From positions 52,165,049-52,211,428 of the forward strand of contig NC_068985.1 of the NCBI RefSeq assembly GCF_001194135.2: a DNA stretch of 46,380 nucleotides. Direction: 5' to 3'. The stretch is from Octopus bimaculoides. Lineage: Eukaryota. Made by a program: the position numbers and the translations under genes. The notes beneath the pieces were generated by a model. That model was not told the DNA's origin. It saw only the letters and a list, made by a program, of their open reading frames with translations, and did no database searches. Positions 36,037-46,380 of this stretch are shown piece by piece. The number at the start of each line of letters is the position of its first letter. The first letter of the stretch is position 1.

Positions 36037-36077
36037 CCAGACATCGATGTTTCGACTTTATTGAATCTTGTCGATGG
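36037..36077 (-). other. Degenerate minimal type I hammerhead-like motif (PLE type)
   Basis: Minus strand CCA-TCGACAA-GATT(CAATAA)AGTC-GAA-ACATCGATGT-C-TGG: stems I and II pair, stem III is a perfect palindrome, and GUC is the cleavage triplet. The CUGANGA core has 3 substitutions. Confidence 0.55.
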
Positions 36078-36964
36078 GTTGTACTTAAGTCAATGGAATA
36101 TACATTGATTCTTGTCAATGGAGGATACATAGAAATATTACAATAAGTTCAACTGTCTTCATCAAGGGAGGATTGGCAAATGCGGTTCATAGAGTAGTGC
36201 TAACAACAGTTGAAGGGAGAGACGAAGCAGAACAAGAAGAGCCAGGCGAAGAAGAAGAAGAACAAGAATCAGTGGTAGAACAGAAGAAATAGTGAGAGAG
36301 AAAGAGAGAGAAGGTATATGTACTCCTCTACATACATCCATACATACATTCTTCATACATATACAAATGTATATCCACGTCTACATCTACATAATTGCAC
36401 ACACGCGCACACATACGTACATACATATATATGTGTATATNNNNNNNNNNNNNNNNNNNNNNNNNNNNNNNNNNNNNNNNNNNNNNNNNNNNNNNNNNNN
36501 NNNNNNNNNNNNNNNNNNNNNNNNNNNNNNNNNNNNNNNNNNNNNNNNNNNNNNNNNNNNNNNNNNNNNNNNNNNNNNNNNNNNNNNNNNNNNNNNNNNN
36601 NNNNNNNNNNNNNNNNNNNNNNNNNNNNNNNNNNNNNNNNNNNNNNNNNNNNNNNNNNNNNNNNNNNNNNNNNNNNNNNNNNNNNNNNNNNNNNNNNNNN
36701 NNNNNNNNNNNNNNNNNNNNNNNNNNNNNNNNNNNNNNNNNNNNNNNNNNNNNNNNNNNNNNNNNNNNNNNNNNNNNNNNNNNNNNNNNNNNNNNNNNNN
36801 NNNNNNNNNNNNNNNNNNNNNNNNNNNNNNNNNNNNNNNNNNNNNNNNNNNNNNNNNNNNNNNNNNNNNNNNNNNNNNNNNNNNNNNNNNNNNNNNNNNN
36901 NNNNNNNNNNNNNNNNNNNNCTCCTCCCCTGTTTATCTTACCCTCCCCTATTTTTCTCTCCATC

Positions 36965-37012
<48 letters not shown>

Positions 37013-37302
37013 ACTGATACACACACTAACACACAGACGGACACATAAACACGCAGACACGCACACATTTTCACTCTCGTTCTTCTCCTCCTACTTCTTT
37101 CCCTCCCTCTATTTATCCATTTCTCCGTACCGATAACTGTTCCTTCTGCACTAAAAGACGAAATATATACAAAAGGTTATGTTCCATACAGTTATAGTTC
37201 TATACAGTTATAGTAAGTCTAGTTCATACTGATATAAAACCTTTAATCGTAATGCTCTGATGACTGTCAATATCACGATGAATTTTCATTGCAGTTATCA
37301 TA

Positions 37303-37359
<57 letters not shown>

Positions 37360-37500
37360 TGGCGTCGTATTTGTGTTGTTATTATTGCCTGATAACGACT
37401 CTAATAAGGAAGAATGGCGTTTTTCAATACTCCTACGTCATAACGTAATGATATACATTAAAATTAACCTACATTGATATACATGCAAGCGTACATATAA

Positions 37501-37547
<47 letters not shown>

Positions 37548-37578
37548 GACATATAATATGTATATCTGTATATGTATG

Positions 37579-37657
<79 letters not shown>

Positions 37658-37658
37658 C

Positions 37659-37705
<47 letters not shown>

Positions 37706-37872
37706 GGCGTGAGCCGTGTTATTTAAGGATGTTATTTCAAATGCCTAAATAAAATCAGACGACAGCACGGGTACCGGTCATATCTAATCTTAGAGATGTG
37801 CGCGTGCATTCTCACAGACACACATGTACATACACACATTTATACATACATACATACATACATTTATGCATG

Positions 37873-37911
<39 letters not shown>

Positions 37912-38574
37912 GCTATTCGTTGTGGTACGTTAAGGTATGCGTAATTTCAAACATGATATAAGTTAAATGAAACAAATCAAAGTATGCCGTAATACAGCAC
38001 CAACGATGGAAGCGCCAGCAGCAGTAGCAGCAGGAACTAAGATGATATTTATTTTACTATCAAGACTTTTAATGTAAAGAAATTAACGTTTGTTCTGAGA
38101 ACAAATTCAAAGTATTCAGTGAAAGGGGAACGTTTCGAATGGCTTAACTGAAAATAGAATGGTAGTAACTTGTTTCTTGTTAAACCAATTGCATCGCGAA
38201 GTCAGTCAAACCAGTTCTACCAAAGTCCAAATATTTAAGACATTTTCTGCTGGTTCCATATTCATATTTGATATCAGTGAAATTTCTACCCGTCTATCGT
38301 TTCACAACTATATGTGGTTGGATTATTTTGAAAACATCGTCAGGAACGACGAAGCTAGAGGTATAATGAGATAATTGACTTTCTGTAGTTGTGTAATAGC
38401 GTAAACTATAATTCGGATGCTGTTTAACTATTATTGATTTTGATCAGTATTGGCTCATTACTAGATTAGTTACCTTTTGAAATGGAGGATTTCAGAAATA
38501 ACATTGAGAATGCACCAGGTTGCGTAAAAAATGGTAGGATGATTGATATGAGCCCGAAATAATAATAATTTTTA

Positions 38575-38932
38575 ACATTGGCAAAAGACAGCGAATTTGA
38601 GTGGAACGGATTTAGTGAGTTAAACTGATCTCGGTGTTTGATTGATTCTATATTTTACCGATCAGAGAAGGGTCTCGATGAGATTTGAATTCAAAATATA
38701 AGTAACCAGAATATATACAGCAAAACACTTTAATAGTTGATTCAAATTTTGGCATAATGCCAGCAATTTTGCAGGGAGAAAAGATTAATCGATTGCATCG
38801 TTCTCATTACTTGACTGGTACATTATTTTGTCAACCCTGAAAGGATGGAAAGCAAAGTCGACCTCGCCAGAATTTTAACTTAGAATGTAAAGAACTAAAC
38901 ATTTTGTCCGACGTGCCAACAATTCTGCCAAT
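38575..38932 (-). mobile_element. Two degenerate tandem SINE family B copies
   Basis: TTCAAATTTTGGCATAATGCCAGCAATTTT...CCCTGAAAGGATGGAAAGCAAAGTCGACCTCG (38740-38932), plus a more eroded copy upstream. Confidence 0.7.
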
Positions 38933-39625
38933 TACGTTCGATGCGAAATTAATGAAAATCTCAGCGAATAAATCATCTGAAGTTCCATTAAAAGGTCAGC
39001 AATAAGAATGGTGAGATTACAAATCGTTCGGAATCGGTTGATTTGTGACAAGCGTAAGTCCCAGAAGATACAATAAAAATGTTATAAATATAATATACAG
39101 CAATGAATTGAGGGGATATCTGGCAGTTATTCTTGGAAACAGCACATAGCAAGATCATCTATCTCTTTGACACAGCTGATAGTATTGTAAAGTAATGATA
39201 TAATTAAATCAGTTGCGGATAAAACGTATGTGTAGTGTGATTCAGTCTTGTTTTACACCAATACCTCTACACAGTATTAATGAATCATTGCTAATATACG
39301 GACACAAAAGGAACAATTACATCTTTACTACTTATGTGATAATGAAATAGATACGTATTTGTGTATTACTCATGCGTTAATTGAAGATTTAATGTTACGA
39401 TATTATAAGTATCGATCATCAATCAGTGGATGATAAGCTCTATCGATCATTCTCTAGAATGTTTGAACTGTTATTTTACGAGTTGGTCAACGGAAGAAAA
39501 ACTCGACTTACTGGGAAATGGTCCTGTCCTTTATACATGTATATATCTTGCCTGTATGTATCGTACACATGTATATAGTATATAAGTATACCAGATGTAT
39601 GCACATATGTACGATATATACAAGC

Positions 39626-39683
<58 letters not shown>

Positions 39684-39761
39684 TATATATATATGTATAC
39701 ACACATATAGTTAGCTAGTTCCATCTGTATGTATTTCTGTTTGTCTGTCTGTCTGTCTGTG

Positions 39762-39796
<35 letters not shown>

Positions 39797-39969
39797 ACAC
39801 ACTTCCATACATGCATACATACTTGCATACATACATACATACATACATACATACATACATACATGCATACATACATACATACATACATACATACATACAT
39901 ACATTATGCCTTAGAACATTCTGTTTGCACCATTGATCCAATCGGTAAAATAATATTCTTTTAGTTGTT

Positions 39970-40365
39970 TACTCTCTTACTTGTTTTTGTCATCAGAGTG
40001 CGCTCATGCTGGAGCGCTGCCTTAAAGGGTTTTGTCGATGTATTTCTTTTAAATCTGGTATTTATCCAATCGGTTTTTCTTTTGCTAGACTGCCAAGTAA
40101 CGCGGACGTTAACACGAAGACCGTAGTTATCAGTCAGTAAGAATCAAACACATACATACATACAATGTACACACTCAGACACAGCGACACGCATGCGCGT
40201 GCGAACACTAGTAGAACGATTTTCCGCCCGATTTCCCTCTACTAGATTCACTTCCAACTCATTGGCTGGCCTTCCAGTTATAGTAGAACGCGCTTGTCCA
40301 AGGTTCTACGACACGGGGCTGAATTCAAAACCATGTAATTGTGCAGCGAACTGCTTAATCACACT
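39970..40365 (-). mobile_element. Old SINE family A copy
   Basis: CTTACTTGTTTTTGTCATCAGAGTGCGCTCATGCTGGAGCGCTGCC at the 3' end and CTTGTCCAAGG...AACCATGT...CTTAATCAC at the 5' end. Confidence 0.65.
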
Positions 40366-40575
40366 GCCAATAATATGTAAATGTAAATGCCTCCACATGG
40401 GCGAATGTCTATGTGTGTGTGTGTGTGTGTGTCTTTGTGTTATGTGTGTGTACACTCATACACACACATACACACAGACACAGACACTCACAAACAGACA
40501 GACACACATACACACAGACATCACAGAAACACAGACACACATACACCACACACACACCCACACACACAAACATTA

Positions 40576-40719
40576 TTCAAAACATTTTGATTCGGTTCCT
40601 TGCGACTTCTAGTTTCTTTTCAGGCTTCAATCCCAAACCTGAAAGAACCAGGTTCCGGTTACGGGCCTCTGAAACTAGAAGTCGCACGGAACCGAGTAAC
40701 CAAATCAAACCGTTTTGAA
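40576..40719. mobile_element. Small MITE-like hairpin (144 bp) flanked by TA
   Basis: TTCAAAAC..TTTGA..TCGGTTCCTTGCGACTTCTAGTTTC versus the reverse complement of GAAACTAGAAGTCGCACGGAACCGA...TCAAA..GTTTTGAA. TA at 40574-75 and 40720-21. Confidence 0.75.
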
Positions 40720-40765
40720 TAATAAATGTAATGCATGCTCTTTTCTATCGCTCGTTCACTCACTC

Positions 40766-40856
<91 letters not shown>

Positions 40857-42300
40857 CATACATACATACATACATACATACATACATACATACACACACA
40901 CACACGCGTATGCGTGTGTCTGACTTGGGTATAACTTTAAACTGCACCACATAATGGGGCTCTGGTATGAAAGTTCTAAGCCTTTGAGTGGAGGGGAACT
41001 ACCTTTTAGCCATTATTGTTCCCAGTTCTACTTCCACACGGAGCAGTAGCACCTGTTAGGGTCTCAGCTACGGGTTAACTAGCATGTGAACGACTGGGAG
41101 AGATGGACTTCAGTTCTCGTTAAAACGTCTTCTAGGGGAAGGTAAACTGGTATAAAATTTTGGAGTGCAGTTGTTTTCATACAATCATACATATATAATA
41201 CATACATACATTCATACATACGTGTGTATGTGTGTGCTTTTGTGAGTGTGTTTACATACATACATACATAATATATACATACACACATTCATACATACGT
41301 GTGAGTATGCTTACGTACATACAAACATACATACATACATACATTCATACATACGTGTGAGTGTGTTTACGTACATACATACATACATACATACAAACAT
41401 GCATACATAGATTCATACATACATATAAAATCCAAATGCTTATTCATCAAACTGGATTATATTAAATCATATATAGCATGTACCATAACAATTTTATTAT
41501 AGTCTTGATCACAACTGTCCAACAAAGGGGAACGTGAAACTCTGAGTAACGGCTTTTTGTGATGTTTTTGCAGCTTTAATAAAAAGGCACATTAACTCTA
41601 CTTTCGGTATTCGAGTATTATTTTTTCCACATTGTTCTACATGTATGTGCTTACCCGTGTGTGTATGTGTGTGTGTGTGTGCCGGAAACACTAAACTAAC
41701 ATACATTCACCCATATCTTCATTCACACATTCATAAGTACCCACAATATACATACATAAACTACACATACCTACTTACATACAAATAAACACACACACAC
41801 ACACATACATAGATACCTACCTACCTACATACATATATACATACATACCTACCTACCTACCTACATACATACATACATACATACATACATACATACATAC
41901 ATACACACACAGAGACTAGTCACATAAAACACAGAACAGACACATCTCACTGTTCAGAATCTATGTCAAGACAAAAGTTAGTGATGCCTCTCATTCCATG
42001 TGATCGGAGGGCAGTTGTCACCTTTTCATTGTTTTTCTGTGTCGAATTTCACTAAGTCAGCAGAGGCTCAGGAATACTTCCACAAAAATAGGACATGCGA
42101 ATTTCTGACTAGACAGTATTATTTAGTTCTTTCCAAAGTTTGTTTACATCTCTGTTGAAAAATGCTGTAGTTTATGTAATTGTTGTTGTTACCATCATCA
42201 TCGTCATCGTTGTCCTCCACCACCTCCTCCTCCTCCTCGTCCACCTCTTTCTCCTTATCCGCCCCTTCTCCTGCTCGTCCACCTCCTCCTCCTCTTCCAC

Positions 42301-42301
42301 C

Positions 42302-42387
<86 letters not shown>
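42301..42387. repeat. (TTA)n microsatellite at the 3' end of the R4/Dong-like LINE
   Basis: About 28 perfect TTA units. Confidence 0.95.
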
Positions 42388-42390
<3 letters not shown>

Positions 42391-44500
42391 TAGTCTTATT
42401 ATTATTCAGTAGTCTTATTTTTATCACGTGCTTTCACTGCCCTACCGAGCGCGGTTCTGTGTGCCTTGGGTGTGTGCTGTGGTTTGTTGTGATGCTCTTA
42501 TTTTTATTGTGTTGAAAGTGTTTAAAGTAGAATATGTATGTGCGGTGCCTATTAGTGCTATTTTCTGAATGTTATATATACTTGTTAGTCCTGGTGCTTT
42601 TGTTATGTATTTGTCTGAAATTTTTTTTCATACCTAATGTGCCTACTATGATAGGAATTGTTTCTGTTTCTAGACTCCACATTCGAGTTACCCCTATTTC
42701 CAGATATTTGTATTTTGAAAGTTTCTCGTTTCTTTTAGTGAAACATTGTCATCTGTTGGTATTGATACATCGATTAGAAAGCAATTTTTCCTGGTGATCT
42801 CTGACAACTATATCCGGCTTATTGGTCTTAATTTTTCTATTTTGTGTATTGGTATATCCCAGAGTATGTTGATTTCTCATTTTCTGTGGCCTTTTCTGGC
42901 GTGTGCTTATACCATCTTTTTTCTCTTGTTATTCCATAGTGTTGGCATAACTTCCAGTGTATATAGGTCCCAACTCTGTCGTGTCTGTGAATATATTCCT
43001 TCTTAGCCAGGACTGGGCAGCCAGAGACAATATGGTTTATTGTTTATTCTCCATCTCCTCATATTCTGCAGTTACTTGTATTTCTTTTCATTACATGTCT
43101 CTGGTAATTCCTGGTGGGAAGGCTTTGGTTTTGTGCTGCAATTAAAAATCCGTCAGTTTCCCCTTTGAGTCCTGAGCTTCTCAGCCATTGTTGGGATTTT
43201 GCTTTGTCTATTTCTTTTCTGTTTAGTTTAACCCTGTATTTGCCATGAAAGGGCTTTTCTTGCCATCGTTTTATCATGATCTGTTGCTGTTCCAGTTTTA
43301 GTTTGGGTTTCAGTTGTTTTACAGCTTTTGTTGTTTCTTCTTTTTCTTCATAGTTGTTATGTACTATGACTTCTTTTCTGTATTTATCAGCTTCCTTAAA
43401 GACTGAAAACAGTTTTTCTTTCGTTCGTGTTTTGTGGCTATTTTCCTTGCTTCTGAAGTAGGTATTTCTGTAGACCTACGGTGATTATTTTGTAATAGTT
43501 TTCTAGCTGTATAAGGCCTCTACCACCTTTGATACGTTGTATACATAACCTTTCTATGTCAGATTTTGGATGGTGCATCCTAAATCTTGTCATTATTTTT
43601 CTTGCTTTCCTGTCTATTTTGCTTAGTTCATTTAGTTTCCATTTAAGAATATTGTAGCTATAGCTTATAATTGGGACGGCTACAGTGTTGATACCTATTA
43701 TCTTGCTTTTCGCATTGAGCTCTGCTTTCAGTATTAATCTAACTCGTCTATAGTATTCTTTTCTTATCTCATCTTTCATTTGTGTGTGTTGTATCGTGTC
43801 TAGTTCATTGAAGTGTGAAGGCGCAATGGCCCAGTTGTTAGGGCAGCGGACTTGCGGTCGTAGGATCACGGTTTCGATTCCCAGACCGGGCGTTGTGAGT
43901 GTTTATTGAACGAAAACACCTAAAGTTCCACGGGGCTCCGGCAGGGGATGGTGGTGAACCCTGCTGTACTCTTTCACCACAACTTTCTCTCACTCTTACT
44001 TCCTGTTTCTGTTGTGCCTGTAATTCAAAGGGCCAGCCTTGTCACACTGTGTCACGCTGAATCTCCCCGAGAACTACATTAAGGGTACACGTGTCTGTGG
44101 AGTGCTCAGCCACTTGTACGTTAATTTCACGAGAGGCTGTTCCGTTGATTGGATCAACTGGAACCCTCGACGTCGTAACCGACGGAGTGCCGACCACCAG
44201 TTCATTGAAGTGTTTGTATGTCTAGCTTTGGTCTAATTCTCTTATTTCATTTGCTATATCTAGTGTGATGTTGCTTCTCTTAACTAGCTTTTCTGTTTTC
44301 AAGGTTGCTTTGGTACATCTTTCTAAGCCAAATTTCATGTTTATTTCTTTGGTTAATCCATGAACTGTCTGTAATAATGTTTCCAGCTTTTCATCATTTG
44401 TAGCGTACAGTTTTAGGTCATCCATATATAAGAGGTGGCTGATTGTTTTGCCGTAACAGTTGTATCCACATCCAGTTCTGTTTAGCATTTCAGATAAAGG
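42388..44500 (-). mobile_element. R4/Dong-clade non-LTR retrotransposon, 5'-truncated and inactivated, interrupted by a SINE
   Basis: RT motif SHLLYMDDLKLYA; IERLCIQRIKGGRGL; WQEKPFHGKY; zinc knuckle CRI*GDGE*TINHIVSGC; restriction-like endonuclease ILWDIPIH...PDIVV...IDVSIP...EKLSKY; C-terminal IQKIALIGTAH. (TTA)n on both sides. Confidence 0.93.
43817..44198 (+). mobile_element. tRNA-derived SINE family C, full-length, with a perfect 15-bp TSD
   Basis: Head GAAGGCGCAATGGCCCAGTTGTTAGGG...GGTTTCGATTCCCAG. AGTTCATTGAAGTGT occurs at 43802-43816 and 44199-44213. Confidence 0.95.
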
Positions 44501-44547
44501 TTATTATTATTATTATTATTATTGTTATTATTATTACTACTATTATT

Positions 44548-44753
44548 AAGGCGGTGAGCTGGCACAATCGTGAGCACGCTGGACGAAATACTTCACAGTA
44601 TTTCACCCGTCGCTACGTTCTGAGTTCAAATTCCACCGAGATCGACTTTGCATTTCATCCTTTCGGGGTCGATAAATTAAGTACCAGTTAAAAACAGGGG
44701 TCGATGTAATCGACTAGTCTCCTCCTCCAAAATTGTGCCTCAAGTAGAAAGGA
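44548..44753 (+). mobile_element. SINE family B, full-length with (ATT)n tail
   Basis: AAGGCGGTGAGCTGGCACAATCG...CATCCTTTCGGGGTCGATAAATTAAGTACCAG. Confidence 0.9.
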
Positions 44754-44754
44754 C

Positions 44755-44790
<36 letters not shown>

Positions 44791-44792
44791 GC

Positions 44793-44943
44793 AAGGCGGC
44801 TAGCTGGCTGAACCGTTAGCACGCAAAATGCTTAGCGATATTTCGTCTGTCATTACGTTCTGAGTTCAAACTCTAGCGAGGTCGACTTTGCCATTCATTC
44901 CTTCGGGGTTAATAAAATAAGTAGCAGCTGGGCACTGGAGTGT
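44793..44943 (+). mobile_element. SINE family B, 3'-truncated
   Basis: AAGGCGGCTAGCTGGCTGAACCGTTAGCAC...GGCACTGGAGTGT joined directly to the next copy. Confidence 0.85.
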
Positions 44944-45155
44944 AAGGCGATGACCTGGTAGAATCGTTAGAACGCCAGACGAAATGCTTAACGGCATTTC
45001 CTCCATTTTTACGTTCTGAATTCAAATTCCACCGAGGTCGACTTTGCTTTTCATTCTTTCGGGGTCGAGGAAATAAGTACCACTTGAACACTGGAGTCTA
45101 TGTAATCGATTCATCTCCTCCCCCAAAACTGCTGCCCTTGTGGAATGATTTGAAA
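44944..45155 (+). mobile_element. SINE family B, full-length with (ATT)n tail to ~45222
   Basis: AAGGCGATGACCTGGTAGAATCGTTAG...GAGGTCGACTTTGCTTTTCATTCTTTCGGGGTCG...TTTGAAATTATCATT. Confidence 0.88.
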
Positions 45156-45161
45156 TTATCA

Positions 45162-45223
<62 letters not shown>

Positions 45224-45643
45224 TTTCTTTTTCGACTCAAAACATCTAGACAGACTAACCTTACCCTGTACACACGCATGCGTTTACCAGCGAAAAATGA
45301 AAATAAAAATGAAAGAATCAACGCTAAAATATCGTCTGCATTACGTTCTCATTCTTGGAATCACGTGCCGCCTAAAACCAATCATGGACCTAATTAAGAT
45401 TACTTTTATTTTTGTCATATTTGTTAACACTACTATTCTTTTCTTTGAATCTCTCACTCTTCTCTTTATGCTTTAAGTTACGATCCCACTGGCTCATTAC
45501 TTCGGAGTTCATCTAAGTTTCCATAAACGACAAACAGTACAATAAACTGTCCCTCCCGTAAATGAAACATTTTATTCTTTTCGCCGCTCCAAATCTTGTT
45601 GGTACACATTTAAAGCTGTGTGTACTGGAGTAACGTGGAATTA

Positions 45644-45858
45644 CAGTAATCCTTCACCATATCGCGGTTCACCTATCGCGGTTTATTATTTATGTTTACG
45701 TCGATTCCTCCGTGGTGTTGTTTTGCATTTAAAATAAAATAAATATACACAAATTATATAATAAAAAAAAGCAGTACAGTACGGTTTCTCCTTCGCGGAT
45801 TTTCACCTTTCGCGGAAGGTTTTCGTGCGTAACACCCGCGATAGTCGAGGGATTACTG
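45644..45858. mobile_element. pogo/Tigger-like MITE (215 bp) with TA target duplication
   Basis: TA|CAGTAATCCTTCACCATATCGCGG left end versus TA|CAGTAATCCCTCGACTATCGCGG (reverse complement of the right end); repeated internal TCGCGG motifs. Confidence 0.85.
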
Positions 45859-46310
45859 TATATTTATTTCTCATGAACACAACACACTTTAGTGTCTGGT
45901 AATCTAAATTACCATCTTAAGATTGTCAGCCACATACTCTAACCAATAAACAACTCCCCTTCACACTCATTCTTAACTCACAGAATTCATTGTTCATTTG
46001 TTTCGGTTTCATGATTGTTACTAAATTCTTCTGCAGCATACATTTATTTCGTCACTCACTCACTCACTCACTCACTCACTCAATCACTCACTCACTCTAT
46101 TTTTTCTCTCTCTCTCTCTCTCTCTCTGTATGTATGTGCGTGTATGCATATATGTGTATGTCTGTATGTGTGTGCGTCTGCGGTGACTGTGTGAATTGTA
46201 TAATTTTATCAATATTTAGCAGAACTAACAGGGTAACTCAAGGGTGATAAGCGCTTACACATAAAACTCTCGGACCTTGAGTCTCTCTGTTACTTCTATT
46301 AAATATTAAT

Positions 46311-46380
<70 letters not shown>

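Noticed and set aside
41205-41400. Three ~55-70-bp units of ATTCATACATACGTGTG...TTAC(G)TACATAC
   Set aside because: Ordinary microsatellite-derived minisatellite.
763-46247. Dozens of ORFs made of CV/HT/YI/poly-I/L/D/H/Y repeats or spanning X runs
   Set aside because: They are translations of microsatellites or N-gaps, with no coding signal.

Overview
AT-rich eukaryotic non-coding DNA with extreme microsatellite density ((CA)n, (TA)n, (CATA)n, (TTA)n, (CAT)n) and ten N-gaps. The repeat landscape is typical of an octopod cephalopod (Octopus-like) genome; this is an inference, not database-checked. I find no supportable host protein-coding gene, rRNA, functional tRNA or CRISPR array, and nearly all listed ORFs are microsatellite or N-gap artefacts. 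The window is a transposon graveyard. It holds two full-length decayed mariners plus a fragment of a third, a hAT remnant and several MITE-like hairpins. It also holds R4/Dong-like LINE pieces each embedded in (TAA)n, RTE, HERO-like and Penelope-like (PLE) fragments with hammerhead-like remnants, and at least three families of tRNA-derived SINEs. The most unusual structure is at 29.8-30.95 kb: four copies of a tRNA-like module, each enclosed in inverted repeats and arranged as a nested ~1.2 kb quasi-palindrome. All alignments and mismatch counts were made by eye and need computational confirmation.
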